Origin: Lepidodermella squamata
Taxonomy: Eukaryota > Animalia > Gastrotricha
Direction: 5' to 3'
NCBI GenBank assembly: GCA_047495785.1
Contig: JBLDXI010000011.1
Span: forward strand, 496,001-560,000
DNA: 64,000 nt
This document shows positions 1 through 13,300 of this stretch, piece by piece. A model generated the notes under the pieces. It did no database searches, had not been told where the DNA came from, and saw only the letters and a program-made list of their open reading frames with translations. Each line of letters begins with the position of its first letter. Position 1 is the first letter of the stretch. The translations under genes were made by a program, and so were the position numbers.

Positions 1-200
1 TTCAAGTAAAATTCAGGCAAAAAATCTGAAAGAAAGCTGAAAGATGAGATTGAATGAGAATTGCATGCAAGCTTTAAACAGATATCATAAGAGCTTGATT
101 AGAGTAGCTAAGCTATTTTTCGAAACTCACCTTTTTCGAAAACCAACAATTTTAATAAATTTTCAAATTTAAGGTTTTTTCAAAAATGTTGAAAACTGAC

Positions 201-1449
201 CCTCGGGCTCGTTCGGAAAGAAGATTGGGACGAGGGTGTCCTTGGAAGACGACATGACTTCGATGGTGCAGGCTTGGATCGGATCAGCTGGGAGTGAGGT
301 TCCTTGTCCTTTTTCTTGGCCTCGCCCGACGACTTGCACAGATGGTTCTGGTACAGCTTCTCGACGAACGACTTGTCGGAACCTAACAGGAATTTTAAAA
401 ATTAGAAATTAATTTGGGAAAATTAAATTCGACTTCAAAACAAAGTTTTCGCAAAACGAGAAAGCAACTCGAGTTCCTCAAATCTATTGTCTCCAAAACC
501 TCCGTGGAAATAAAATTTGAAATTCGATTATTTGAAAAAATTGAAACATTTTACATTTAAAAAAAAAATTTCAACGGGATTTCAGTTTTAACACGAGTTA
601 CGATTCTCTGTAGCCAGTTGAATTTTAACTGAATTTTGGTTAATTTTCGGATCAGATCAGTTGATTTAATTTTCAAAATTCGAATTAAAATTTTATAAAA
701 GCCTTAAGAAGTCTGGCTTTTAGCCAACGGGGAGATTTTACCAGGCACCCTATTTTGATATTTTGACAAGTCAGCGAGAATTTTGAAATTTTCACATTTG
801 AAAAAATTGAAATAGTAATTTTTCAATTATTGATGATTCAAAATTCCGATTTCTTTTAGGTTCATGAGCCCTAATGAACCAAGTAAGTTGTTTCAAATAG
901 GACCAACTTCTAACTTTCGAAGCTCAAATCGAATGAAGCCGCCCATTGCTCGAGTGAGTTAATTCAGATTATTTCAAAAATTCAAGTTAAATTTCCTCGC
1001 CACTGTTTCAGATTCGAATACCGTGAGAACTTCGATTTACCCATGGGTACTCATAAAAAAGGAAACCTTCCTGAAACCGTATCGGAACCAATGAAATGAA
1101 GGTCAATGAGACACCTTTTCGTTTCGATTCCTTATCCTTTGATTCATCGAGTCCCCAAAAAGTTGTTAAGCTGCTCAAATACTCGAAATTTCGTTCAAAC
1201 AAGCGAAAATTTTTGAATTGTTTTCCAGTTTTTCAATGCCCAAATTTCCCCAAGTTGGAATTCATTTTCTCCCAATATTTTTTCATTTTTTTAATTAAAA
1301 ATTTCAAGGCTAATGGTAAACTGACCTGCGACTTGTTGACCCACTCGTTGCCGACCTTGATCTTGGGCTTGATCGAAGTACTTGATCGAACCGGCGGCGT
1401 TGATGCTCGTCCTTGAACTGCTTGAACTTCATATCAGTGAAGCCGATCA
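201..1449 (-). pseudogene. Myosin II heavy chain motor-domain fragment (two exons, 1326-1449 and 201-382), internally deleted and frameshifted
   Basis: Reverse-strand peptides IGFTD / MKFKQ / KPKIKVGNEWVNKSQ and GSDKSFVEKLYQNHL / KEPH / DPIQACTIEV match myosin II motor motifs. AG/GT splice sites flank both exons, but conserved blocks between the motifs are missing and the frame shifts. Confidence 0.8.
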
Positions 1450-1619
1450 CTGTTCAACGCAAATAGTGGAAAATTTAAAATATTTTCAAAAACGTGTCAA
1501 TTTTCAAAAACTCGAAAAACGTGTATAAATCCCAAATTGAAAAACAGCCTCGAAATCAGCTCGACGAGCAGAAGGCGTTAGGCTATTACAATTTCAAAAC
1601 ATTCGTTAATTTCCGAGAT

Positions 1620-1800
1620 AAATGAGAAACAGAGTCACATCTCCTAGCCAGAAAAATGCAAGAAATCACGAGAAAACTAATCAAGCATGTCACTTGTCAA
1701 AGGGATGTAAGAAGTCAGGAGAAATTTGGTCCAACCGGGTGAAATTTCGAAATTTGTTCAACCAGTTAGCATCGGGGTTTTCCGGGTTTTCTCCGGCAAA
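1620..1800. repeat. Dispersed repeat, homologous to about 8270-8424 plus 9275-9330; represents the empty site of the hAT MITE
   Basis: gtcacatctc...ggagaaatttggtccaaccgggtgaaat...catcggggttttcc aligns with the sequence flanking the MITE at 8425-9274. Confidence 0.7.
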
Positions 1801-3224
1801 TTTTTTCAATTTTTTGGTGAAATCGCGGATAACGAATGGAATACTCTCCATGTAGGTTCAATGCCGAAAAATTCGTCGAAAATATATATGAAAAATATAA
1901 AAAAAGTTGCGCAAATTCTTGGTAAATCGCGTAGAATTTCTGCGTAATTTCTTCAAGTGAAAGAAAAATCGAAGAATATGCATTTTTGGGCTTTTTTGGG
2001 TCGATTGATTTCAAAAGCTGGGCCTTCAAAACCGCCGCTTAATTAGAGACCGAGCGATGTGCCATTGAATTTATCAAAAAACGTCAATCTCGATTTTTGT
2101 CATTTTTTTACTATTTGTGTCGTACCATACTAGTAAATATGCACATTATATACTTCGGAAATATTTTTTACCAGTTTTTCTACAACTTTTTTAATAAAAT
2201 TTAATAAATTTTCGGCTTAACTAGGAATTATAGGAAAAATAATTGATAATTGGGTGATATTGATAGATAGATGTTGAGATGCCAGAATTAGACAAAAAAT
2301 TCCCATCCTAACGTGATTTGCGCAAAAATCCATGATAAACTTATTTATTGAGAAGTATAGGTGAAAGATAAAAATTCATCTCGCAATAAAATCTCGAAAT
2401 TTCAGAAAAATGAGCAACCATTCAGAATTGAGAAATGAGCAACAGGTAGAAATAAAAAATAAGAAAGAGAATAATTCGTCAAATTAGTCGAGTCCATATC
2501 TCTACATTTTCCGTTTTTTTCTGCCATCATTTTTCGCGCTTGATTGGACGCCAAGAAAACGCCGGGTTACAACCCTGAAAAATAATGTGTATAAAAATCC
2601 AAAAAGAACTAAGTGAAATTGGACTAACAGGGTCAATGACACGGCCAACCAGGAGACTTTGAGCGAGCCTACAGAGAAATTAAAAAATACACAAATTTTT
2701 AGTTATCGAAGTATTCAAATAATTTAATCACGCATCGAAAATAATATAATTTAAATAGTTACTGATAAAACTGTAGCCTGCGATTTACTCATCTCTTTAC
2801 TCCCTTACTGTCTGAATGCAGTACGATATTCTTTGAGCCAATAGATTGGATGGCTCAAAATTCAACAAAATAACGAAAATAAATCACGAATTATATGAAT
2901 TTTCTCAGAAAATTGTAGTTGAATTATTTATTACTTCTGAATGTTTTGAAGAGCGGACATCAGAAAAATCGAGAACTACTAGAATTCACGTGTTTGAGAT
3001 CAAATGTCTAATTAGGTACACCATATTGTTCCAACCATATGTCGTACGGACCCTCAACAGTTTTGCATAGGAAATAGAATCTATAAAATATGGAACAAAA
3101 TACCTGAAACCGTTATCAACACGCGCTCTATTTCTGTGTTTAAAAAATATATTTTACGTAATTTCTTGAATGATTTTACTAAACACTGTGTTTCGACGGT
3201 TAGACGCCTGTAATCTGTACTCTG

Positions 3225-3250
3225 GATATATATATTATATATATATATAT
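3225..3250. repeat. Imperfect (TA)n microsatellite
   Basis: atatatatattatatatatatatat. Confidence 0.7.
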
Positions 3251-3930
3251 CAGTTTCAATTAATACAAATAAATTGGTTAGACGTCTATTTATTTGTTTT
3301 TTTCTTATTATTACCCGATTTTCAGTCACGGCGTGTCTACCTCACACTTTTCCTCTTTTGATCACGATCTTCGGTGTGTTTCAAAGTAGGATTCCTGAAA
3401 GAACGAGGGCCGGTTAGTAGGTAAAATCCACCCCAGGTGTATAATAGGTTTAAAATAATTTTAACAATCAAGAAATGACTGCAATTTGGCATAGAATTGC
3501 GCATCCGGGTGCGGCGAAATGCTCAGGTAATGGGTAAAAAATTCGTTAAAGTTGATACTATTTGACGATAAAACCGGTCACATGACTGAAAACTCATCGA
3601 ATTTATAAGCGTTTTCCTGCGGCAAAAAATTGATCAATTTCAGCATGCTTTGAGGTAAAAAGTAATATGGAGCTGATTTTAATACGAATTCTGTATTTAA
3701 AAAATAATTGGTTTCAAGGTCAAATGACTCTGAAAACCTCAAACTTCAGTGAAAAACCTGCAATTTTTTCAATTAGGTTATTTCTCTTTTTGACCCAAAG
3801 CAGACCTGACTTCCTGATTTTTTCTTACAGTATAAGATTCTTCTCGTTGAGACGCTCATTTTGACCTAAACATTTTTTAGGAACTCGGGTCTGCTATAAT
3901 AGCTCAAGGTGTCGAAAAGGTAGGACGTCA

Positions 3931-4100
3931 AAACAGCGAATGCGCAGAACAGCGAAACCGACATAACAGCGAAAGCGACGAAACAGCGAAAAATCCTCCC
4001 CAAAATGCTGTGTAATGTGCGATATTAAAATCGCTGTTATGTCGCAAATTAGATTTTTCGCTGTTTTGTCGCGTTCGCTGTTTCGGTTATTCGCTGTTAT
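3931..4100. repeat. Foldback-like array: four AACAGCGA motifs followed by four inverted TCGCTGTT motifs
   Basis: Motif at about 3932, 3948, 3965 and 3982; reverse complement at about 4031, 4058, 4076 and 4091. Confidence 0.65.
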
Positions 4101-4775
4101 GGCGGTCTGCCGTCGAAAAATGCACTTTTTATCGCATTTTAGCATTTATATGGTCACTTTTGATGAATTTTTTCACCTGTCCAAATAGCCCTGACCAAAC
4201 TATCGCCCACATATTCATACGCAGCACATCCCGGGCTTCCTAGCAATATTAGTTTTATCAACTTTGCTCCGTAGGCCGACGTTAGCCTATAACCGACCAT
4301 CGTCCTTTGCAGCCAAAATTGAGTATGCTGTTTAGGTCAAGAATAAGTGAAGCTTTTACGCAGATTCATGGAAACTTCGAGCAAATTTGAATGTCTGCCT
4401 TTCTCGACTTTGAGCAACGCTGGCTCCTCAACGGTGAGGAATCGGCTCATGAGATTTTGCGAGCTTACTCGAATGGGTTCTCACTGTCCATGGTCGAAAT
4501 TTGAGCCAGGAGAACCTAATGTTTATGGAGTGACAAGCGTTTGACAAAAGTGGCACTTTTTATGCAGATTTAATTCAAGTCACCTTATCTTAAAAGGAAG
4601 ATCATTGATCTCAAAATTTCGCGAAATTCAACCTTTCACTTGTTAGGTAATACTTTAGACGCAAACATTTGTTAGAATCAACTTTCAATCAAGATTTTGT
4701 TAATCATGTTGTCCATCATAGAGAAGGCTCACAAATCCACTGCACATGTCTTTCCCATGGTATGTGATCATCGCA

Positions 4776-5725
4776 TCACGGAGTAAAACATACATCAAAA
4801 CTAAGGCCATAACCCGCGTTACGGCGATAAGCGACGTTTCCCGGCGAGAGAAGCCCGCAGCAGGCTGTGTAAGAGTCAGCGCTGTAGGTATTCGCCGGCT
4901 TGGTGGCCTAGAAGCGAAAGGAGACGATAGGATTCAACAAACAATTCAGAGTATAAGCTACCCGGGTGGAGGTGACGGCAGTCGACGAGATTGAAGCTGC
5001 GCTATATGGAAAGCGGAAACATAATGATGCAGGGGATCCATCGGCCACCAGAGCTGCTATTTTGTACGCGTTGTTAGCGTCGAGTTTTCCAATACACGTC
5101 AATACAGGCGGAGAGCCAGGAGCAATCTCGTATAACAGCGAATTCGCTCCCTTCGCGGCATTGCAGCATTCAGTAAAAGAGTTGAAAGTATTTGGCGAGG
5201 CAGAAGATTGCTGAAATGTGTCAAGCAGGTCTTTTAATCGCAGTTTACATCATTTGATGATTCTTACGGCTGTTCCTTCTACGAGAACCGAGTTGCATGC
5301 CCCAGCATTCGCTGTGCAGAATGGGACATTAGTTCTTGAGATCGATGCATCGCCTTGCGTGGAGGTTATTACGCACAAATTGTAGGTTGGCTGAAGGTGG
5401 CAGATGACAGTTCACATTTTGGAATGGAAATGGTTCAACTTACAGGGCTTACGGGGCTCGCGCAAGATTGCCCACCCGGGCATTGCGTGGCCGCCTTATC
5501 GATGCAATTTTTCGCTGAAACATCGCAAACATTGACCGTAGGCGTGCAGCTTTTCGTTGCGGTGTCACAAGTGTTTGAAGTGGTGTAGCAGGCCTGGCCA
5601 TTCGGGCAGGTTCCAGGCGAATCCGTGACTGCTGCTGACCTCGGGCATGGCGTTGTGCTCGTTGCAGGGCAGGCAGTGGCAGTGGCGAAAACAGCGGCAA
5701 GAAGGGCGAACAACAAAGTTTCCAT
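4776..5725 (-). CDS. Secreted Cys/Thr/Ser-rich protein, copy 1 (4 exons: 5444-5725, 5268-5390, 4962-5210, 4776-4907; 261 aa)
   Basis: Signal peptide METLLFALLAAVFATATA. All three introns are GT-AG, phase 0 and about 55 nt; the frame is open to TGA; exon structure is shared with copy 2. Confidence 0.85.
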
Positions 5726-5779
5726 GATGCGTTGAATTAATTCTGAAGAAACAAGTAACAAGAAAAATGGCGAAAACAG

Positions 5780-6790
5780 AAAAACCTCTTAAATACCATC
5801 AGTTTTTTGCCTCCGAGAAGGGCTGACGAAATTGGACTCGCTTTCAGGTGTCGTTGCGTATTGCCAAAACAACGGGACGGCCGCTACACCTGGTCGCATT
5901 CGGAGGAGTCGATGAGAAAATTACAAATTACGTGGATTGCTATGTAGCCCAACTAATGATCGTCAAGCGCGCGCACCGGCGTCAACCAACTTATTTCATG
6001 CATTACGCATCCATGGCCCTACATTAGAGCGCTTAGTTTCTTGTGTAGGAGAAGGGCAATTATTAGAAGCTGGGCTACTAATGAGACAAATACAGCATAA
6101 AATGCTGTACAGAAGTAGAATAACGGAGTTTTGGTGGCTGCCAGGCCGTGTTCGCCGCGCACGCCGAACATTAGCTTGGATATCTTCTCAACGTATCTAA
6201 ATTGTTTGCTTTAGATACGCCACGGCAACGTCAACTTGAACAACCCAGTGTTGAAACTCATCAAATAACAGCCCTAAAAATTCAAATTAATCCTGGATCC
6301 AAAGGTTAGCCTGCCTCGAAAAATCGCAAAGCTGGTTGAAGCCTGGAAAAGCATATCACCTGAAATGATTGGGCAAGCTAAGCTGACTGTGGAATCACCC
6401 TGTGGATGCAGGTCATATCAACGTATGGGCTTGACGAAAGTGACGACGTTCTCACCTCGAATAAGTGCCCGATTTTTTTCGAGTTCGGGAAAATAGTAGC
6501 CATGGCTATTAACCGATAAAATACGATACGCGTCGAACGAGCCAATGTTTTTATCGGATATAGGCTGATGCCGCCGATCAGTTATCGATGGAACTATTAC
6601 ATTGTAATAGGTCATTGAACCGTGGGTGGGCGTATCCGCATTTGTATCGGCAGACTTTCAAAGCAAAATTCAAGAAAAACAGAACTGATGAATCGAATGA
6701 TTCGAACAGAGAACATGCCGAGGAAGAGATATAAATCAGAACTGCTACCATCAACGTGTTTGAGATTCGGTGCTTATTCTCCATAGTAGA
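5780..6790 (-). repeat. Degenerate, coding-like repeated block upstream of the Cys-rich gene; other copies at about 12870-13830, 13870-14330 and 16200-16950
   Basis: Shared sequence such as ttagcttggatatcttctcaacgtatctaa and ccaaaacaacgggacggccgctacac. Reverse-strand translation looks protein-like but has many stops; no family recognised. Confidence 0.6.
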
Positions 6791-8424
6791 TAGAGGTTAA
6801 TGATTTTATACTACCTGAATGCTATTTGAACGAATCTAAGGTCAGAGATCAATTTGAATAAGCATCTGTGAAAATTTCAAAATTGCTTCTCAAATAACAA
6901 CAAGGCTAAGAAAGGCTCGTGAAATATCATCCGAGTCGATAATGCCAATACCATCACTAGGCGTTATATTACATGTATAAGAATTAAGAATACTAAAATT
7001 TCCACTTCGATCTACCTCAACTCATGTTTTGACGCGACTATTTTCCCTAGTTTCACTCATATTTGCTATTCTTATGTCTTTCTGTTTCCGCTTTGAAAAC
7101 AACGAGTCTTTTGTATTCTTCTGAATAATAATCAAAGAAACCGAAAAATAGCGCATTGTTGCGGGAAGCTCGAGACAAATTATAATTTATCATAGGTCAT
7201 AGGTTATAAATTTATCAACAGTTACAAGCGGCTCCAAACGTTTTTAAAGCAGAGCAGCTTTTTCCCTCTTGAAAAATATTTATTAAATGTAATTATACTT
7301 CATTTTCTATATCAAAATTCAATTTCGAATAAAAAATGATTGAATAAAAAATTGAAATACGAAGTGCCAATTAGTAAATATGTGGTATATTTTACTATTT
7401 TTGTTACAATTCATAAAAAAAATGAGTAAAAACAGCTAACCAATCAGCGGTTGCAAACGTCTTGTTGTGCTTTTCAGCAGCGGCGGCTACGTGAGAAGCG
7501 GCACTCGGCTGGCAGTGTTTCGTCAGCACCACGTAGCTGGCCTCCTGCACTCGGCTCTCCTCGGCCGCGTCCAGGCTGCCCTCGGCTGAGACGCACGTCG
7601 TCGTGGCTCCGGCGGCCGACAGCACTTTCGCAAGTCGAGCGGCTTCCATCGGCAGGCCGACTACAACCAACTTCCGCACGTCGAAAATCTAAAAATAAGA
7701 GAGAAAAGATATTATCATGAAATTTGCTGAGAAATCACGATTTACATAGAAATTTCCGGAAAAGAAAATAATAGAGCTAACCCACAATTTATGTCCATGA
7801 AAAAAAACAGGGATCAACCATTAGACGCATTTAAATAGAGAAGCCTACTTATTCAGAAAAGGGGCCAGATTTACTCAATTTTAACAGCAAAATTAGCTCC
7901 AGGTCCAACTTTTCAGGTCTAATCACCTTTTTCTCGAAGAGATAGCTACAAAAAGTGCAAACCAAATCGAAACAATATTTAAAGCTTTGGTTTCCAATAA
8001 CTTTTTACATTCCTTTCGTCAATAATCGGGATTTCAAGGGCTTCTAAACGAGGGTGGGCTTATATTTCGGTAACTACGGTAATCGGAACACCGCCGTACT
8101 ATTCCTACTTTTCGAATGAAAAGAATTAGGGGCAGTGATCGTACATTTATAATTTTGCTATTTGCCATTTTCGTCATTTTTTAAATTAGGGATAAATTAT
8201 TTCATTCGGTTATTCGAAGGGGCTACATTTTTTGTAAATTATTACAGGTGTCCCATAGGTGACGCAAACACAGAAAATACACGGAAATGGGATCAGAAAC
8301 CGTAAAATGAGAGAAGAAGTCACATCTCATGGCCTGAAAAATGACAGAAAAATTCGAAAAATCACGAGAATAGTCGCTTTTTACTGGCATTAAAAAAAGT
8401 CCGGAGAAATATGGTCCAACCAGG

Positions 8425-9274
8425 CAGGGCCGGATTAACATTCGGCTGGCCTCCGGGCACTTTCTGTTTGTCGGCCTTACTCTCTATGTTTTTCGGCAAA
8501 ATCTAAGCTTTTTCATAGATAAACACAGGATCAATCCCTCAATCTCCAGATTATTCTCATCTGGAAAAGAAAAAGAATTGATGATTTGAAGCGAAAATTC
8601 CTTTCCAACGTATTTTCATTTTGCTTTAGTATTTTTTACTACGAGCAATCGATTCCCACATGCGTATGGCAAAATTTTGCCATTAAGAAATTGAATTTCT
8701 CTATGGCTGAATCAAATTCTGGGACCCCTCTCTTAATTACTCTCTAGGACTCTAGAACTCACTCGAGGTTCCAGATCGGGAGGAAATTTTATTTCTCCAT
8801 GGCTAGCCATAGAGTATTCCCTTATTCATACGTACTTCGAAAAATTCTTTCCATCTTCCAAAAAAATTGGCGAAATTTCAGAATATTGTCTTCTTACTCT
8901 GAGCTAAATTTTCTAAAATATTCCTGATCAAATCGGAAATTGAGGAAGAAGATTTAATTATTATCAATTGTTATTCAAACCACTTAACCAATTTGTGCTC
9001 ATTCAAAAAATCGAGTAGAAATAGCGACAGATGGAATTGGTTATAGCAATTTGATTATATGATTGATAATATGGAACAATTGTCAAGAAAATGAACAAAA
9101 AGAATGCTGGTCCGACTGATTGGAAAGGTTGCAGAGCTTAACGACCGAATGAAGGCCCAAAAGAGTCAGAAAAGTTTTTAGCAATACCGAACCTTTCACC
9201 ATTTACTGGGGATCCCTTTTGACTGGCGGCCCCTGGACACGTGACATTTGTGCCCATGCGTTAATACGGCCCTG
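8425..9274. mobile_element. Non-autonomous hAT-type element (MITE), 850 bp
   Basis: TIRs CAGGGCCGGATTAAC / GTTAATACGGCCCTG; 8-bp TSD caaccagg/caaccggg; uninterrupted homologous site near 1730. Confidence 0.85.
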
Positions 9275-10359
9275 CAACCGGGTTAAATACCGAAAACTAC
9301 CGAACAAGTTACCATCGGGGTTTTCCTCCCGTAAGTTTTTTTCGGTTAAAAGTTCAAATATTCTAAAATTATATTTTAAAGTAGTTTAAAGTAGTAGTAC
9401 ATAATTTTTAAAAGTGAACTTAGATATTTCGCGAATTGTCGGGTTTTCCAGGTTATGGTTAGGGTAAGGTTTATATTCAACGTTAGTGATGCCCTTCCTC
9501 CTTTCAAGTTAAACAAAATGGCAAATTTCGATTAAATGAAAATAATTCCAGATGAAATCGCTGATTTATCGATTTTAGAACATAAAAAAATGTATATAAT
9601 TTTCGAAGAGAAAAGGTAAAAGTGAAGACACGATTTAAAAAATATTCTGCTAAAAATGTTTCCTCACTAAAACTTGAAATATCATCAACATCCGCTATCC
9701 CCAAATTTCGGACTATCGTTTCAAATGAAAATCGATCAAATATTTTTTCATTTTAAATTCAATTCCTAATTTTGAAACAGGTAGAAATCGTAAATATTTG
9801 AACTGACAACTGGCCATGCGACGGCGGTGTTGCAGCAGCTGCGAGCCAAACAAGTCTTTCCCAGCCGGCAGCACGTACTCGGAGTGGTCGAGGATGCGGC
9901 CGCTCGCCGCGCACTCGAGCACCCAGGCCGGGGCGATGCAGCGCGTGCCGTAGGCGACTCCGAACAGGAACTCGACGCTTTCGTTCGGGGCGACGGCGAC
10001 GTGAACGACAGGCCGGCTGGTTGATGCGTCGAGCGACGCGATGTCCATGCCGCCGCGGTAGGAAAACTACTAGTCATTTATCTCCGAAAAATATTTTTTT
10101 TTAACATTGCTAGAATAGAAGGAAGCGTATGACTCGCGAGTTTTTGCAGGCTAAAATTATGTATTGAAAATATGGGCGAAAGATAGAAATTCATCTCGCA
10201 ATAAAATCTCGAAATTCCAGAAGAATGAGCAACAATTCCAATCGAGAAATGAGCAATCGAGAGATAGAAAATACGATTTAGAAAATAGGAAACAAAGTAG
10301 ATTTCGTCAAATTTGTTATCGAGTCCATATCTCAGAATTTTTCGCTTTTTCTTCTGCCA

Positions 10360-13300
10360 TCATTTTTCGCGCTTGATCGGACGCCAAGAAAACGCCGGGT
10401 TACAGCCCTGAAAAATAATTAATATCAATCCAAGGAGGAATTAAAGAAATCGGACTTACGGGATCAATGACACGGCCAACCAGGAGACTTTGAGCGAGCC
10501 TACAAAGAAATAAATAATTCATAAATTTAATTATCGAAATATTCAAATGATTCAATCAAGTACCGAAAATGAAGTAATAATAATTAAAAAATTCATGAAA
10601 CACAGAATCGAATGTTTTGAAGAGCGGAAATCAGAAATATCGAGACCTACTACAATCCACGTGTTTGAGATGCTTAACTTGGCTTACTTTAGATAATGAG
10701 CTACTAGCTACTTTATGACTACTTTATACCTTTATACGAGGATTAGCTGTATAAGTATCGTTCCAAGCGTGCCGGTGCGAATAGCGTGAAATACGTATTG
10801 TATTTTTACTTTTATCATTACCAAATATACTTTTCTGTGTGCGGAAATGATTCATCACGATTTTTTGCTTTCTTGGTCGCGTGACCTGTAAATCACTTGT
10901 CAACATCATTATATAAAATACGGCATGGGCTGATACGCAAGTGACAAGTGATTCTGGGTGACTACTTCACCTCAACATCCCGTTCGATTTTTTCGAAAAA
11001 AATAGGGCATGTAGATCTCACATTCAACTCAACGGTCATCAAACCGAAATTTCCGGCCAGGTAACGGTTTTTGGTAGAAAAAGTCTGAATCAAGCACGTT
11101 TCCGCACAGTGATTATTATTGCATTTTCTTGGTTTCTGCGAAAAATTGCCTGTTGAATGCATCACGGCGTCATCCGCAATAATTATGATTGCTGAAGATT
11201 TGAAAAATTCTAGAAAATTAACGGAAGGGGGTGTGTTTTGATATAAATTGAGGTGAAGTAGCCACCCGAAATCACTTGTCACTTGCGTATCAGACCATGC
11301 CGTATTTTATATAATGATGTTGACAAGTGATTTACAGGTCACGCGACTAAGAAAGCAGAAATCGTGATGAATCATTTCGGCACACATGAATGTAGTATCG
11401 TGTAAGATCGCTCTTTTTATTCATCTATGCATTTGGATGATTTAGTTAAGACAATGCTCTTAAAAATGTGAAGTTACATTTAAATGGTCTTGTTTTTATT
11501 ATAACATCTGTTCTTGCTGTTTAGTTATTGCTAGCCGAGAGGGCGCCAAGGTTTCTTTCGATTTGCGGAACCGGAAAACGGTACAGAAATATTCTAGACT
11601 AAGACTACAAGGTAGATAATTGATCTCAACATTTCGCGAAACCCCACCTTTCGCACTTGTTACGTAACAATAGCTGCATGTTAATGTTTGAATCGACTTA
11701 AGTTAAGGTTTTAATAATGTTGTCCATCATAGAGAAAAAGATTTTCCATAGAGAACGAGAAGGCTCCAGTGCAAATCCAGTGCACACGTCGTTCCCATGG
11801 TATATAACCATCGCATCACGCGACAGTACAAACATCAAAAGCCACGCCATAAGCCGGGCTGAAGTTATGAATGAGATTTGGCGCCAATAGTCCGCAGCAC
11901 GCGGCGTAAGAGTCAGCGCCGTAAGGACCAGTCACCTTGATGGGCTAGAAGTGAAAAGAGACGATTGGAACTAGCAAAAATTTCAGCCAAAAAGAGCTAC
12001 CGCTGTAAGGGCGGCAGCTGGCGAGGGTGTTGCTGCGGTATATGGAAAGCGGTAACATGATATTGGCGGGGTTCCATCAGATGCTGCAGCTGCTATTTTG
12101 TACACTTTGTCACTGTCGACTTTGCCAACACACGCCATTACAGGCGGAGAGCCAGAAACAGGAACACTCTCGTATAGCAGCGAACTACCCCCCCTCGCCG
12201 CAGTGCAACAGTCAGCAAAAGAGCTGAAAGTATTTGCCACGGCAGAAGATCGCTGAAAAGATGAATCAGTAGGTGTTCAAAGCGCAAACTAGTCAGCGAT
12301 TCTTACGGCTGTTCCTGTTGTGAGAACCGAGTTGCACGCACCCGCATTCGCTGTGCAAAATGGGACATTTTTTTTTGACATCGATGCATCACCTTGTGTG
12401 GCGGTTATCACGCACAAATTGTAGGTGGGCTGATGACAATTCACAGTCGATGAAGGCTTTCAGAATGAAAACGGATCAACTTACAGGGCTTACAGGATTC
12501 GCGCAAGATTGCCCTCCCGGGCATTGAGTGGCTGACTTCGCAATGCAGTTATTCGTTGCGGTGTCACAAGTGTTGGCGGCTACAGTTTTCAACAGGCAGC
12601 TGTTCGTCGTAGCATCACAGACGTTAGCAGATGCCACACAGGACGATCCAGAGTTGCAGGGGTTGGTCGTTGTGTAACACGCCTGGCCATTCGGGCACGT
12701 TCCAGGCGAATCCGTGACCGTTGCCGATCTCGGGCATGGCGTTGTGCTAGCTGCAGGGCAAGCAGTGGCAGTGGCAAAAACAGCGGCAAGGATCAGGGCA
12801 AACAACAAAGTATCCATGATGAGTTGAAATAATTCTGAAGAAATGATAATGGCGAAAACAGCCGCCGCTCCACCTCTTAAATACGATCAATTTTTTGCCT
12901 CCGAGAAGGGCTGACGCAACTGAGCTCTGGCATGTCCCCGTATGCACCCGCTTTCAGGTGTTGCGCACTGCCAAAACAACGGGACGGCCGCTACACATGG
13001 GCGTCGATGAGAAAATTACGTGGATAATACACAGGTTGACGGTGGCTATGCTGCCTACCTAATGATCGCCAACTCTGCGCGCACCGGCGTCAACCAATTC
13101 ATTTTATGTATATCGCATCCATGGCCCAACATTCAGGCGCTTATTTTCTTATGTAGGAGAAGGGTTATTTTTTGAAAGATGGGCTATTAATGGAACAAAT
13201 ACAGCGTAAACTGCAGTTCATAAACAGTTTAGCGCAGTTTAGGTGGCTGTCACGCCGTGTTGGTAGCGCACGCCGATCATTAGCTTGGATATCTTCTCAA

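Larger units (their letters stand above)
2340..10057 (-). repeat. Tandem segmental duplication of the 3' part of the BRCT locus (source about 10165-24915)
   Basis: Colinear homologous blocks: 2340-2760 with 10165-10600, 4600-6790 with 11620-13830, 6840-7050 with 14560-14830, 7140-7990 with 17770-18047 plus 22404-23030, and 9500-10057 with 24190-24915. Confidence 0.85.
2527..10057 (-). pseudogene. Partial duplicate of the tandem-BRCT gene: truncated exon 3' (about 9815-10057) and apparently intact exons 4' (7441-7688), 5' (2629-2668) and 6' (2527-2574)
   Basis: Exon lengths (248, 40 and 48 nt), phases and GT/AG sites equal those of the full gene. Exon 3' lacks its 5' part and acceptor, has internal deletions, and has an altered donor. 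Confidence 0.75.

Noticed and set aside
4776-12817. Insect-type Thr/Cys antifreeze protein
   Set aside because: It lacks the regular 12-residue TCT repeat.
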